From Eledone cirrhosa (lineage: Eukaryota): a stretch of 64,000 bases of DNA. Each line of letters opens with the position of its first letter. The stretch's first letter is position 1. The stretch lies in the NCBI GenBank assembly GCA_964016885.1, contig OZ024740.1, forward strand, positions 418,252,001 through 418,316,000, written 5' to 3'. Under the pieces are notes generated by a model. That model was not told the DNA's origin. It saw nothing but the letters and a program-made list of their open reading frames with translations, and did not search any database. Made by a program: the position numbers and the translations under genes. Of this stretch, positions 1-15,833 are shown piece after piece.

Positions 1-1770
1 CTACCACCACAACAACAACACCACCACACCATTACTACCACCACGACAACAACACCACACCATCACTACCACCACCACAACAACACGACACCGTCAACAC
101 CACAACAACAACAACACCACACCATCACTACAACAACACCAGCACCACCAAAACAACAAAACCACACCATCACAACAACCACAACAACAACACCACACCA
201 TCACCACCACAACAACAACACCACACCATCACTACCACCACAACAACAACACCACACCATCACCACAACAACACCACACCATCACTACCACAACAACACC
301 ACACCATCACCACCACAACTACAACACCAGACCATCACTACAACAACAACACCACACCATCACTACAACAACAACACCACACCATCACCACCACCACAAC
401 AACACCACACCATCATCTCAGCCACAACAACAACAACAACACCACACCATCACTACCACCACAACACCACCACACCATCACTACCAGCACAACAACAACA
501 ACACCACACCATCACTACCACAACAACAACAACACCACACCGTCACCACCACAACAACACCACCACACCATCACTACCACCACAACAACAACACCACACC
601 ATCACAACACCACACCATCACTACCACCACAACAACACCACACCATCACTACCACCACCACAACAACACCACACCATCACCACAACAACAACACCACACC
701 ATCACTACCACCACAACAACAACACCACACCATCACTACCACAACAACAACAACACCACACCATCACTACCACCACAACAACACCACCACACCATCACTA
801 CCACCACAACAACAACACCACACCATCACTACCACCACAACAACAACACCACACCATCACTACCACAACAACAACAACAACACCACACCGTCACACCACA
901 ACAACAACACCACACCGTCACACCACAACAACACCACACCATCACCACAACAACAACACCACACCATCACTACCACCACAACAACACCAGCACCACCAAA
1001 ACAACAACACCACACTATCACTACTACCACAACAACAACACCACACCATAACTACCACCACAACAACAACACCACACCATCACCACAACAACACCACACC
1101 ATCACTACCACAACAACACCACACCATCACCACCACAACTACAACACCACACCATCACCACAACAACAACACCAGACCATCACCACAACAACAACACCAG
1201 ACCATCACTACAACAACAACACCACACCATCACTACCACCACAACAACAACACCACACCATCACCACAACAACAACACCACACCATCACTACCACCACAA
1301 CAACAACACCACACCATCACCACAACAACACCACACCATCACTGCCACCACAACACCACACCATCACTGCCACCACAACAACACCACACCATCATCACCA
1401 CCACAACAACAACACCACACAATCACCACCACCACCACAACAACAACACCACACCATCACTACCACCACAACAACACCACACCATCACAGTCACAACACC
1501 ACACCATCACCACAGCCACAACAACAACAACACCACACCATCACTACCACCACCACCACACCATCATCACAGTCACAACACCAACCATCACCACCACAAC
1601 AACAACACCACACCATCACCACCACAACATCGCCACACCATCACAACACCACACCATCACCACAGCCACAACAACAACACCACACCATCACTACCACCAC
1701 CACCACACCATCACCACAGCAACACCACACCACACCATCATCACAGTCACAACACCACACCATCACCACA
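1..1770. repeat. Complex CA-rich tandem repeat built from CAC/CAA/CAT triplets (~25-35 bp units such as ccacaacaacaacaccacaccatcactacca)
   Basis: Directly visible; runs off the window start. Confidence 0.95.
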
Positions 1771-1782
1771 AGACCTGGAACA

Positions 1783-1932
1783 ATGTTAGTGGTAGTGAAG
1801 ACTCTAGGAGTGATCCCAAAATGTTCCGTTGATTATTTGTCCTAGATTCCAGGAAAGCCATATATAGAAGAAATACAACAGATAATACTAATGGGAACTG
1901 GACATATACTAAGGGAAATACCGTCGATATAA
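1783..1932 (+). pseudogene. Extreme C-terminus of an R4/Dong-like (RLE-type) non-LTR retrotransposon ORF
   Basis: Manual translation MLVVVKTLGVIPKCSVDYLS*IPGKPYIEEIQQIILMGTGHILREIPSI* resembles the recalled consensus VVxGALGxI..K...IQK..LLGTAHILR; one internal stop. Confidence 0.7.
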
Positions 1933-1976
1933 GTTTATTTCACAAGTGTAAACATCTTATATATATATATATATAT

Positions 1977-2903
1977 CATCATCATCATCATCATCATCTT
2001 CGTTTAACGTCCATTTTCCACGCTAGCATGGGTTAGACGGGAGTTGTTCCACTTGAGGCAAGGCTGGTCGGGTGACCGTGTCTCGCTCATATAGGACTAT
2101 CTGGCAGGTTTTCTACGGCTGGATGCCCTTCCTAACACCAACCACATTTACCGTGTTACCTACACGACCACATTACAGCGTGGACTGCGTGTGTTTTTTG
2201 TCGTGACACCTACACGATCTCGATCTCATTTTCTCGTGCTGTTGGTGGGAGTGGGAGGATAGGGTAGGGGTAGTGGATTGGGGTGTATATTTGGTTAAGA
2301 GGTGCCTACTGACTGTAGGTTTCGCTTTGTACATAGGCAAGGTGGGTCTTCTGTATTACTGCGTAGCGTCAAAGATCTCGGTCCAGAGACATTGTCTTAG
2401 AGAGATGTAAGTGTGTGAGGTCGGAATTTATCAGATCATCCCAGGTTTTTTATCAGATCATCCCAGGTTTTTCTCCGTAACTACCATCAATTTTGATCGC
2501 CCTGCACTTTTTTATGCAGCTGTCGTCTTTCATGCGCATCACGTGACCATACCAACGTAGTCTTCTCTCAAGTAAACAGCATCTGATCCCTCTTATTCCT
2601 AATTTCTCACTTAGTTCATTTATGCTTTGCCGTTCACGTATATTACTATTACACATCCAACGGAGCATGCAAGCTTCGTTCCTTTCCAGTCTACGCAGGT
2701 CCTCTGCACGTAATGCCCATGTCTCACTGCCATGTAGCATTGCTGTTCGTATACAGGCATCATACAATATGCCTTTTGTGGCCAACAGCGGTATAAGCTC
2801 TCTGAACTTTTTCCATCCCGTTCTGACTCTGGCTACTGTACTTTCACCACCACTGCTGATTTCGTCACCCAGGTAACAGAAAGTGTCTACTATTTCTATA
2901 GAA

Positions 2904-2905
<2 letters not shown>
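1977..2905 (-). mobile_element. 5'-truncated RTE-clade LINE with (GAT)n tail, inserted in a (TA)n tract
   Basis: ORF 2453-2905 contains FCYLGD, LHGSETW and RRLRWYGHVMR; 3'UTR motif ggctggatgcccttcct; (CAT)n at 1977-1998; (TA)n on both flanks. Confidence 0.9.
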
Positions 2906-2941
<36 letters not shown>

Positions 2942-3437
2942 ATAAACACAGTAAATCGTGTGTTTAAAATTACGTGGGTTGAAATACCACATTTGTTTGA
3001 GAAATTCAATGTGAAGCAAACGGAATATACATAAAATAAAATATATACAGACCGCTTCAATAACTATTACATCTCCCGGACAGATTATGGATTTAATCTG
3101 TTTCGCCCTGAGAATTGTGTTTGTAACAGACAATACGTGGGCATCATCAGCGAGAGAATAGATTAAATGAAACAAACACCTAAGTCAAAGCCACACAAAT
3201 GAATATTTCACCTCGTGTGCTAGAAGTCAAAAGAGGCGTGAGTGGATTGGCTAGAAACAATAGCCTAATACACCCAATGTATTGAAATGCTCAGTATTTA
3301 TACTTTGAGCTTGTTAATTACAGGGTATCAGTATGAGTTATTAACTCTGCCTTTTATTTGTAATTCGGCTCCCTACTAGGCGAGCTTATAAGTTGGGTGT
3401 ATTAGGCTATTGCCGTTGAGGTCTTGAACATTTTGCC

Positions 3438-3512
<75 letters not shown>

Positions 3513-3569
3513 TATAGAAAAGGCTTCTACAGACCTAGTACCTTATTCACTTTGGATAATATATGTATG

Positions 3570-3608
<39 letters not shown>

Positions 3609-3619
3609 TATATATATAA

Positions 3620-3935
3620 TATATAAGATCAAAAGATGGTTAAATGAGTTCCATGTATTTTATTATGCGCATTTCAAAAACAAATATCATAATGCAATAA
3701 CATTTGCGTTTTCATCAGATAAAATAGGAGGACATGATATGAAGGTTAAAAACACTTGTGGATAGTGCAGTTTTAAATCAACAGTTTTTGAAATGCGCAC
3801 AATAAAATACATGGAACTCATTTAACCATCTTTTGATCTTATATATTATGTATACTCCAGTCCTACAAACTGTAGAGTGCTTCTTATCCGATATCTGCAT
3901 TGCTTTATTGTACTACAATAAAACTCACCATCTAC
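3620..3935. mobile_element. PLE terminal remnant: inverted copy (3620-3783) followed by a direct 3' end (3785-3935); same family as 57958-60783
   Basis: Near-identical to 57960-58122 and 60634-60783; internal inverted repeat. Confidence 0.85.
3658..3724 (-). ncRNA. Type I hammerhead ribozyme, family E
   Basis: Minus strand: UUUUAU-CUGAUGA-long stem II-GAAA-UGCGCA-UA^AUAAAA. Confidence 0.8.
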
Positions 3936-5015
3936 ATATATATCTATATATATAAAGGGAAGATGGACATTGTTTAGTGTACCGAACTTGCCTGCTACAC
4001 CGTTCATCCAATTTTCATGAAACCTCACACATATATAAAACTCAACGCGTAGAGTGGAATAGGCTACTTGAAATTTTCGAAAAATCGATAATCGGGCCCT
4101 ATGACAGAATGTTTTTCGATTCCAATGAAATTTTATGTGAATTCGAACACAAGAACTCTTAGTTTACATCTGGCGCAACAAAAATAAATTTCATATGCCC
4201 ATATAAGGACGTGCGTTATTGATTGGACGGCCAGCTGCATGTCTTCCCAGCTGTTTCAGTAAACGACCGACCATTAAAGAGTTTCTTTTCATATTCCACC
4301 TTATTCAAGTGGAAATACAATATTATCCCTATCTGAAAAGGGAACCAAATTTAATAGTGTCTTTTGTGAACCTAAAAGCTGTGAGTAAATTTTCAAACAG
4401 TCTTAAATAATCATGCTTTTTTGAAAAAAAAATTACTAAATTATACGTTGACCAAGTTGCGTTGTACACATACAATACAAGTAAAAACATTTACGTCGTA
4501 CCAATGTTTTCCTTTTTTAAACAAAAGATTCTAAAAAATTACTTAATTTATAATAGTCTTTTGCACAGGAAGTGAGTAACTTTTCGGGTGTTTAAACGTA
4601 AGTTCACCAGGGTTTGTGTCTTCATTATTAGCCCACCTCTAATGGCATTTTTTGTTCTGCTTACGACTAAATGTTATGAGCGTATTTGCAATTAATTGCG
4701 CACACGTGCACACCTGCATGCAGATAGACACTGACAGTCAATAAAAAATCCATAACTTGCTTATTAAGATATCGGTCAAAAAGAGAGATTGAATGTACTT
4801 TAGAACATTTTTTTAATATATTGTTCTTTTTTGCATGATATGTCAAAAATATAGCTACTATACACTTTGGTTATTTTTTGTAACTAAAAAACGTTTCCTT
4901 TTGGGTGGATACTTAACAAGAAAAATCCTAGGGTTTTGGACAAGTTTGTTTCAGGCGCTGTATAGACGCCTATTTTGTCACACCTTGGTCATGAATTCGT
5001 ATTCTTTTCCAATAG

Positions 5016-5270
5016 ATATTTTCCGCTCTATAAGGCTCACCAGGATATAAGGCGTATCATTTAAAATCAGGTCCGCGCAACGGCGTGTAAGGCCAACCAG
5101 AAAATGCTATCGTCTTTACTTTTAGTCTAGATCTATTACTTCTGTTAGAGCCGTGATTGATTACCATTGTATTATTTATACATAAGGCTCACCGGAGTAT
5201 AAAGCGCAGAGCTGTTTTTTGATTAAATTTAATTATTTTAAGTGCAATTTATAGACGGGAAAATTCGGTA
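5016..5270. mobile_element. Tc1/mariner(pogo)-type MITE nested in the Helitron
   Basis: Degenerate TIRs attttccgctctataa / ttatagacgggaaaattcggTA. Confidence 0.55.
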
Positions 5271-5392
5271 AGTTATTGTAATCATATTTTCAAACCTTCC
5301 CATTCACCAGTAACCATGCTAACGAATCTGGTGTCATCTCTCTCTGTATTTAATCACCTCTCTCTAACCTAACAGCTTCGTTACACGTCGTT

Positions 5393-5875
5393 ATGCCCAC
5401 ACGGAAACGTTCAAGACTTACCTCCAAAAAAGGTACAGCTATTGCTTTGAGACAACAAATTAGGCGTTCTCAGGTATGAGTTCATTCACAATTGATTAAT
5501 CCTTTATGCAATATTCTCCCTTAATGTTAGCAAGTACTGCGTTTATCCTAACTGTCACCACTTTTAAGCAACTACAACATTCTAATCGTAGTTATATTAA
5601 ATTTATTGTCTTACCTTGATTCCCTTTTGTTCATGTTAGACTTTTCTCATTTACTATTGACACTGCCATTGGCTTAGCTAACCAGTAGAATTAATTAATT
5701 TTCTCTAGGAAACACCTGCTGAGCGCGAATCTCGACTCGCTGATAGACGTCTTCCCCCGGCTGGTTGAGTCACCAACATCACGTACGACAAGGCTTGCTG
5801 ATGTTCGCCTTCGTCGCCAACAAGCGCTGACGGAGGAATCACCAACATCCCGTCAGACGAGGCTTGGGGCTGTGG
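5393..5875 (+). pseudogene. Spliced N-terminal remnant of a Helitron RepHel-like gene
   Basis: Exon 5393-5473 MPTRKRSRLTSKKGTAIALRQQIRRSQ, donor GTATGA, acceptor ttctctAG, exon from 5709 ETPAERESRLADRRL, then frameshifted ESPTSRTTRLAD and EESPTSRQTRL repeats. Confidence 0.6.
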
Positions 5876-6524
5876 CAAAGGGCAATAACCCTAGATACAA
5901 TTTTGATCAACTCTTTTTCACCTATAGCAAATTTACCGGGACAGGTTTTTAGCTACTCAAATCTACTTCAGAGATCACGCATTGATGTAAAAAAATTAAT
6001 AAAACTTAAGCGGGACTCGACTTTGCGCAAAAAAACAAGGCAAAGTTACACATGGGAAAACTTTTTACAGGAACGTCCTATATTCTTGAAAACTGTCACA
6101 AGAGACTCGCCATTATGCCGCGGTTAAGATAAAGGCCCTTTTAATTCTTCTTCTGCACATGTGAGCGCAAAAATTGTAAAAAAAAAAAACCCTGAAAGTA
6201 ATCGACATTTTCACCCTGCTTTAAATTAACTGAACATTCAATATCAAGCGATTTTGACTTCCGTCAGTCGTGCAGAGAACAATTTCAACGATACACTGTG
6301 TAACTACAATTAATAAATTACACACCTGTGTCTACTAACCTATTTTTTTCCATTGAAGTTCGAAGTTTTGAACCTGTGATGCGCGGGAAGTAACTTTCAC
6401 ACATTCTAACAGACCAAAGGTCGACTTACACCCGGGAAACGCCGGGTACTTCTGCTAGTATATATATATATATATATATATACTCAGATGCGAGAAAAAC
6501 CACAAACCCTCCATCTCAATTCTA

Positions 6525-6560
6525 CTTTTGAAAAGCATAAGAACTGCGAAACCGGTAAAG
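6525..6560 (+). ncRNA. Hammerhead-like ribozyme with U3-A8 variant core (family D), in a presumed PLE terminal remnant 6482-6680
   Basis: CUU-UUGAAAA-GCAu aagaa cUGC-GAAA-CCGG-UA^AAG; homologous to 34898-34933. Confidence 0.6.
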
Positions 6561-6680
6561 AAAACAAATAAATATTCTTATAAAGACTCCAGTTGCATTT
6601 TCGATTTCATCTTTTTATCCTTATACTTTCACTCGTGTAGGACACCGTTTTTTTCATTTAAAAAAACCCTCATTTTCTTA

Positions 6681-7262
6681 TCTATATATATAAAACTGGG
6701 GATGTCTGTGTGTGTGTGTGTGTGTCTGTGAGTTTGAATCCCTAAAACTCGGGAAGTAACCAACCGATTTTTTCAAACTTTACATGTGTATTACTTATGT
6801 TTTTGATCCCGTAGGGCCCGCAGTAAGTGAAAAACTGCGTTTTTTTCCAGCTTTTTAGGGGTTTTTTGAGGCGTTACGTCAGACCGATTTCCTTTAAATT
6901 GTAACTATGTCTTAGTCCGTCTCTTCTTCATACCGTGAGCAAAGAAAATCCAACTTTTTTATGGCCTAGGGCCCGCATTGTGTGAAAAACTTCATTTTTT
7001 CAGCTTTTTAGGGCTTTTTTGAGGCGTTACGTCTAGCCGATTTTCCCGAAATCTGCACATAAAAAAATGGGCCCGCATTAGGTGAAAACCTGCATTTTAC
7101 CTGCTTCACCGAGGAAAATCTTAAAGATTATACCAGCCATCAGAGTATTCGGTTTATTTTCTTTACATATTTTCCAGGCATGCAGTTTTTCCATGATTAT
7201 GTCTGTTGGCGGCTCGCGTTCCAAAATACCGTATTCTGTGCAACGCCGGGTACCACTTCTAG
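6681..7262 (+). mobile_element. Non-autonomous Helitron (family with internal GT microsatellite)
   Basis: A|TCTATATATATAAAACTG ... gtgcaacgccgggtaccactt CTAG|T; homologous to 36030-37962. Confidence 0.85.
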
Positions 7263-7631
<369 letters not shown>

Positions 7632-7715
7632 TGTATTTTCGAACATTACCGAACTTGAGGTCACTTGTGACTTGGTGATAACTCGTATGAACAGAAAGCA
7701 AAATCAAACAATAAT

Positions 7716-7903
7716 AATAATTATTTCTACTTTTGGCACAAGGCCAGCAAATTCCCCAGTACATTACTGGTACTTTATTTTATCGACCCCGTAAGGATGA
7801 AAGGCAAAGTTAACCTCAGCGGGATTTAAACTCAGATCATAAAGGGACGTAACTCCATGCTTCAAAGCATGGTGTCCGACTCTCTACCGATACTGCCAAT
7901 CCA
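7716..7903 (-). mobile_element. tRNA-derived SINE with Nin/Deu-like central domain
   Basis: Minus strand A-box tggcagtatcggt, B-box-like gagtttaaatccc, core gcctttcatccttacggggtcgataaaataaagtaccag. Confidence 0.85.
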
Positions 7904-8038
7904 CAATGGTTTCTGATTTAGGCCCAAGGTCAGCAATTTTGGGAAGAGGGGAAGTCAATTTAATCGACCCCAATGCATGACTGGTAATTTATCAACCTCG
8001 TAAGGATGAAAGGGAAAGCTAACCTTGGCGGGATTTAA

Positions 8039-8244
8039 CCCTTTAGCATTTACATTACTCTCTATATACTATTGTATTTTCGTGGTAAAGGCTTTATCTT
8101 ACATAATCATCTCCCATAATATCGAATCTACGAGATTTTGAGAACAATATCATAACGTCAGTATGAGTGGCCACTTACAACCAGTTTGAACAGAAAGCGG
8201 TGAGAGAATTCTGGCCGGATATGGCCGGTTTAAAAGCTAAAGGG
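8039..8244. mobile_element. piggyBac-type MITE with TTAA TSD, inserted into an older SINE copy (~7905-8330)
   Basis: TTAA|CCCTTTAGC ... GCTAAAGGG|TTAA; second copy at 49383-49606. Confidence 0.85.
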
Positions 8245-9184
8245 TTAAACTGAGGACGTACAAGTCCGTTACTAAATGCTGCAAAGTATTTTACCCGACT
8301 GTCTAATGATTCTGCCAATCCACCTCCTTTAATAATAGTTTCTAATTTAGGCAAAAGGCCAGCAATTTAGAGGAAGGCAAGTCGTTTATATTGACCCAGG
8401 AAGAATGAAAGGCAAAGTTGATCGCGGTAAGATTTGAACCCGGAAAGTAAAAAGTACACAACTAATTACAGCAAGACTTTTTTTTTTTTATTTGAAACTA
8501 ACGATTCTGCCAAATTATTTCTTTTACTGCCAGAAGGCAGATGGGAGCGAGGTGGGCATTACACGGACAAACCATTAAAACGAACAGGTCTTTTGCCTTT
8601 TTTTTTTTCTTTACTTTATCAAATCGTGTATGATAGGAAACAGCAAAATTATAACAGTAATAATAATAATATTAATAATAATAATAGTAATAATAAATCT
8701 GAAATATTTTGCCAGCGTTTGGCAAGTCGAATTCCAGTGCGAATACGCATTGCACATGGATAGTTTTGACAATGTAAGTAGAGAACCAGAGAGGAGAAAA
8801 ATAAAACTGAAGCCAAGTGGAAGATTTGTAGATCACTGGAGACAGTTGGTCGCTCAGATTCAACTGACAAAATAAAAGTCTCTTTAGAGAACACAGAAAA
8901 AGACAAAACAAAAATATATATAAAACACTCAAGATCAATATTTCTGATAAAATAGGATCTAATATCGTAACAACCATTATTTGATGGGTTTTCCTATGAA
9001 ACACATATTTACACTACATTTTTACATAGACACACTTGCATACATAAACATATGGATACATATATATACATACAGGTACGTTTATACACACATATCCACA
9101 TATATATATACACACACACACATATATATTACTCTATTGCGAGTTCCAACCGACAGGCTGAGGCCATGCTGGAACATCGCCATA

Positions 9185-9224
<40 letters not shown>

Positions 9225-9226
<2 letters not shown>

Positions 9227-9358
9227 CAGTTAGTTCACCATATCAAGAACAATTGTTTCACCTTCAGCTCGGACTGGTAAAGGTTATACGGAACAGGAAA
9301 AGCAACCGTATGAACGCGCATGCGCAAAAACGGTCACTTCACCGGTGAACTAACTGCT
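9225..9358. mobile_element. Short MITE-like element with 15-bp TIRs
   Basis: AGCAGTTAGTTCACC ... GGTGAACTAACTGCT; no clear TSD. Confidence 0.55.
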
Positions 9359-9426
9359 GTGTTACTACTTTACCAAACTCGTCCCATGGACTGAATGCTC
9401 TACCACTGCGGATATTACCTTCCAGT

Positions 9427-9601
<175 letters not shown>

Positions 9602-9621
9602 CACACAAATAAAATACCCGG

Positions 9622-11435
9622 CAGTGGCGTAACTAGGGATTTTGCGCCAGGGGGCAAGTTCGAACTTTGCATCCCTCGTCCAGCCCCAGGTAATTTAAAT
9701 GACACGAAAAAACATAATATATGATCTAAAATTACTTTTATAAAATTAATATGGAAAAAAGAGTAAAAAAATATTTACAAAGGGATGTTTCTAGCTTTAG
9801 CTGATGCAAATTAATCGATTATTTCATCAAAATTGGTTGCGTTTGTTTCTTCGCTTTCTATTCTGAGGATGGCAAGATCACGCAGACGGCTTTGAGACAT
9901 TGATGTCCGCAAATATGATAAGATGAGGTTGAGTTTGCTGAAGGATCTCTCACAGCTTGCGACGGAAACGGCCATTGTTAGCAGTATCAAATTCGGAAAT
10001 ACATTGTTGTCTCCGTATTAAACAATAACATTCAGGAGGTGTTCTGGTCTTGAGACTGAAACATTAGCGCGAGTTGACAACAACGCAGTCAACGATTTCT
10101 TCAAAAAGCTCCTTGCCGTTAATGTCAGCATTGTAGTGATCAGCTAATGAAGAGCACTTTGATCGAAGCGCGAGGTCGTCTGGAAAAGGTGGAAAGCACA
10201 GAGAGCAGACATCGAGGAGGAAGCCAAACCTCGCTCAATATCGTTGAGACGGGCGAATCGTAGCTGCATTTCTGATTGAATTCGAAGGAGAAGAGTTTGC
10301 ATGACTGTTTTTACTTCACTGGCTGGTGATAGTAATTCATCTTCAGAATTATCTGCAAGCTGCCGTCTTGGCCTTCCGCGACGTTTGCTGATGTCAATGT
10401 CCCAGCGTTGACTTAACTCAATGCCTTTATTAAGTGGTTGCTGGGCAATAGTACTTCCATTATCCGCGAAATACTGCTGGAGGGCTTTGATGTCATCAGC
10501 GGCATCCTGGAAGTTCATTGTTGGATCTTGAAGGCGTTTCTGAACCTGATCGATTCGAGCCAGAATCCTATTCCAAAATCCAAGCAACACGAAGAAGTGG
10601 AAGACAAGCATTTGGCTTAAAAGATGTTCTGCATCACTTCGTGTGTCGGATCTCTCCTCATTATCCTCTACCAACCTTTGCAGAAGCTCGAGGATTTTAT
10701 TCAGAAAGTTTGCAAGATGCTTTACAGCATCTGCTCTTGCGCTCCACCTGGTGTCCGATGAGGATTCAGAACGAAAGGGATTGCTTGCTTTAACTTTTCC
10801 CAACGCCGTGTTGATCGCGAAAAGAACGCAAACAATGACTCGATGACGTTGAAAAATGACATAACTTTGAAGCTACTCTTCGCTGCGGACAAACCAACGA
10901 GGTTAAGTGAATAGTTGTCACATTTAATATCGCCTTTTCGTTCAAATTCGTTATGCGTTGTTGAATCCCACTGGTGTGTCCGGCCATAACCGCAGCGTTG
11001 TCGTAACATTGTGCCTTGCAATCACTCAGCGCAAGGCCATCATCTTTCAATTCTTTCAAAATAAGTTCTACAGTACTGGCTGCATCTTTCTCTTCCAGTA
11101 GGGTGAACCCCAGAAAGAACTCTCGGATGCGAACGGTCCTTTTGTCGAAATCAACATCGACATACCTCACCACTCGTGACAGCTGGTCTCGATGAGCTTG
11201 ATCAGGAGATGAGTCCACCATCAGTGCATAATGACGAGCATTTTTTACGCATCGAAGAACATTCTTCTTGACGTTGAGAGCAAGTAGATGAAGAAATTCT
11301 TTAGAAAAGCTAAGTTATAGAGCACAAACAATTGATGGGCTAATGTTCATGCACAGTAAAAAAGAAAATAATTTAAGTCAACAATCTTGGTCAATTTTGC
11401 CCCCCCCCCCCCCCCCCCCTCAAAACGGCGCCGCT
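9622..11435 (-). mobile_element. Decayed hAT (Tip100/ZMYM1-like) DNA transposon
   Basis: Terminus CAGTGGCGTAACTAGGG at 9622; fragmented transposase; other end incomplete. Confidence 0.85.
9775..11300 (-). pseudogene. hAT transposase pseudogene (frameshifted, 5'-deleted)
   Basis: YALMVDSSPD, QCYDNAAVMAG, TRWSAR and C-terminal dimerization motif VSVASCERSFSKLNLILSYLRTSMSQSRL spread over several frames. Confidence 0.9.
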
Positions 11436-11691
11436 TTTTAGTGCTCCTGAGATTGATGGGAGAGATGTTAGCTGATCCCAGTGTTTGTAGCTGAGTGGAC
11501 TCCACTAAAGACAGTTCAGTTGAATGCCAGATGTTGGTGATAAACTGAGGGACAGGTTTAATCTACCAACCAAATAAGACACAGCATGATTTGAACCTAG
11601 AACACCAAGAGCCAGGATATATACTTGAAGGGCTCTCATCTCTTCCGATCCTCTAACAATTCTGCCCAATCCACCGTTCTCAACTGTACTT

Positions 11692-11872
11692 GCGGTGGAT
11701 TGGCAGTATCGGTAGAGGGTCGGACGCCATGCTTTCCAGTAAAGAGTTGGACCATGGATCTTTATGGTCTGAGTTCAAATCCCGCCTTTCATCCTTACGG
11801 GGTCGATAAAATAAAGTACCAGTAATGCACTGGGATAATTGCTGGCCTTGTGCCAAAAGTAGAAATAATTAT
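11692..11872 (+). mobile_element. tRNA-derived Nin/Deu-type SINE
   Basis: gcggtggattggcagtatcggtagag ... gagttcaaatccc ... tcatccttacggggtcgataaaataaagtaccag. Confidence 0.85.
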
Positions 11873-12825
11873 ATTGACCATGAAACGATAAAAAGCAAAT
11901 TTGACCCCGACGGGATTTGAACTGAGATCACAGTCAGTCGGAATAAATACCGCAAGGCTCTAACGACTCTCAATTCGCCACCTTCTTCTGCTATTTAAAA
12001 AGAAGATAGAAACAGAACTATCGAGTGGTAAACTACACATGGAAATAAAATTATTGTTGAAACGAGTGGAAACGGGTGTGACCACATTAAAATATTGGAA
12101 CAATGTCGGTAATACTCCCAGAAATATTTAAAATCTGGTTTATTTCTTCGACCATTGTTAGACGATACCTGTAAGTTTGTTTTGTGAAAATCATTTGCGG
12201 CGGTGCACCAGCATGGCCTCAGCCGGATGGCTGGAACGAGTAAAAGAGTAATGATATGAAGCCTTGGAATATATAAAAAAAATAACCACGTTGAGATAAG
12301 ACATTAAAATAAGTAAGACATTTTCACTTTTTTTAAAAACATTAAATGAAAGGTTTGGAATAAGTCTACCATTAATGTTCTTTCTTAAGTGATGATCTCA
12401 GATTTAAAGAGAAATAGAAGCCCCTTACAATATATACTTTAACATAAAAGAAATGTCCCCTTCTCCCTTTTTTCCGCTCTTTTATTCTTTTTTCTTTTAA
12501 TTTCCTTTTTCTGTTCTCTTTAATAATGTATTTTGTTTTTGTAGAAACATCTTTGTAAAATACACTCCCTTTCACTAATCTGATATTCTGAGTTCAAATA
12601 CAACCAATATTTTACACTTGTGGCATATAGAGAGGAACTAAGTTCGAAAGAAATTATTAAAGAGTATATTATTATACCAGTAACAAAGGACTTCATAGAA
12701 TACCATCCAAAAGAACTCTGAATCTATTATTCCTCTGAGTAACAATACAGTAAAATGTCATATTTATCACAGTGCAGATGTCATATTTATGACAACTTCA
12801 GAAATTTAATAGTCTAAGTTTTCTA

Positions 12826-13023
12826 CGAGGGTTGGTTCAAACCTTCTTAGACTGACTATGAAGGAGTGATGCTAGAGCTGTGAAATCTTGCATGCATTAA
12901 TTTCAACTCTACTTATTAATAACTGCATTGTTTCTTTCCAGGGATTATGTTGAGAAATAAACCTCATTTGGTCATTCTATGAGAGTATCTTGGTCAACCT
13001 ATGAACCTTTCAGCCGAACCTCG
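12826..13023. mobile_element. mariner-type MITE
   Basis: TA|CGAGGG...; homologous to 26437-26650 and 52895-53238. Confidence 0.75.
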
Positions 13024-13515
13024 TCTATAAGTAGACGAGTCAATGTTTAAATGTTTTAATATTCTCATGGTCTAATTAAATTATTGCACTCCCAGTAAAC
13101 ATGTATTATTGGTGAATTTCTCTTTACAAAATGGCTTAAATTTGAAACAATTGTTTTTAGGAATATTTCAGAAAAACACCAAACCTTTTAATAATATTAC
13201 GATAGTTTCTTTTAACGCACCACTAGCCTACTGGTGTTATTAAACCGGGCAAGGGGTTAAGTCTAACAACCAAGTAAGTTATAGCGTCATTTGAACTTAG
13301 AATGCTGAGTCGAAATTCTTTAGTAAAAATAACAAGCTGAAGAAAAGTAAATAGACGACAAAAAAAGGGGGAAGTGATAGATAAGTGGATGTAAGAAGTA
13401 ATACTAGTATGTGAGATATGATAAGACTGAAGATGGTTATCATTTTTTTTCAATTTACAGGGAAATTCGTATTTTTTGACATACTTACATGCCTACAAAT
13501 TAGATATGTGTATAT

Positions 13516-13716
13516 AAATTAAAAATAGAAGCTTTCGCCGTATTTTTGACTAAAGAAACTTTAGTCTGATAGTGGAGTTTAGAACCATCAAAGAAATGGA
13601 AAAAGATGAATAGTCAGTACTCATCTTTTCCCAATTCTTTGAGGGTTCTAAACCCCACTATCAGACAAACATTTCTTTAGTAAAAAAAATACGGCGAAGG
13701 TTTCTATTTCTAATTT
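13516..13716. repeat. Imperfect inverted repeat with ~95-bp arms
   Basis: aaattaaaaatagaagctttcgccgtattt... mirrored by ...aaatacggcgaaggtttctatttctaattt. Confidence 0.8.
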
Positions 13717-14136
13717 CAAACACGCTCGCTATTTTAAAACATACTTACCTGTCATATGTGTATATATTATATGTGTATATATTTTATGCGTATATATTTT
13801 ATACACGTTTGTACAGTCTCGGTTACACACACTGTATCTATACAGTGTGTGTAACTTTAGAATGAGAGAGTATGAAATTAGGATATAGAAAAGTATAGCT
13901 TGTTAATTCAGCACTGTGGTGGTAGCGGAGAGAAGATGATAGCTACATAGAAGAGTATAGAAAACAGACATACACAAACATTGCGAAATATATAACAGAC
14001 AGATAAATAAAAATATTCATGTGTTAGTTTAGACTATAGAAGTATATGTATGTGATGATCAACAGTTTATATCGATATTTAAGCTTATAGATATAGACAT
14101 AATATACTTTTTCTCCTTCTTACCCCACCCTCTGTC

Positions 14137-15633
<1,497 letters not shown>

Positions 15634-15833
15634 NNNNNNNNNNNNNNNNNNNNNNNNNNNNNNNNNNNNNNNNNNNNNNNNNNNNNNNNNNNNNNNNNNN
15701 NNNNNNNNNNNNNNNNNNNNNNNNNNNNNNNNNNNNNNNNNNNNNNNNNNNNNNNNNNNNNNNNNNNNNNNNNNNNNNNNNNNNNNNNNNNNNNNNNNNN
15801 NNNNNNNNNNNNNNNNNNNNNNNNNNNNNNNNN
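15634..15833. other. Assembly gap (200 N)
   Basis: Run of N. Confidence 1.

Larger units (their letters stand above)
3943..6458 (+). mobile_element. Non-autonomous Helitron (~2.5 kb)
   Basis: 5' end A|TCTATATATATAAA; 3' hairpin cccgggaaacgccggg followed by CTAG|T; internal RepHel-like remnant. Confidence 0.7.

Noticed and set aside
1-1770. Thr/His/Pro-rich mucin-like coding exon
   Set aside because: Frequent non-triplet indels between units; no start codon or splice evidence; a simple satellite explains it
8716-8773. Plus-strand micro-exon VWQVEFQCEYALHMDSFDN followed by GTAAGT
   Set aside because: Weak acceptor, no partner exons and no recognisable homology
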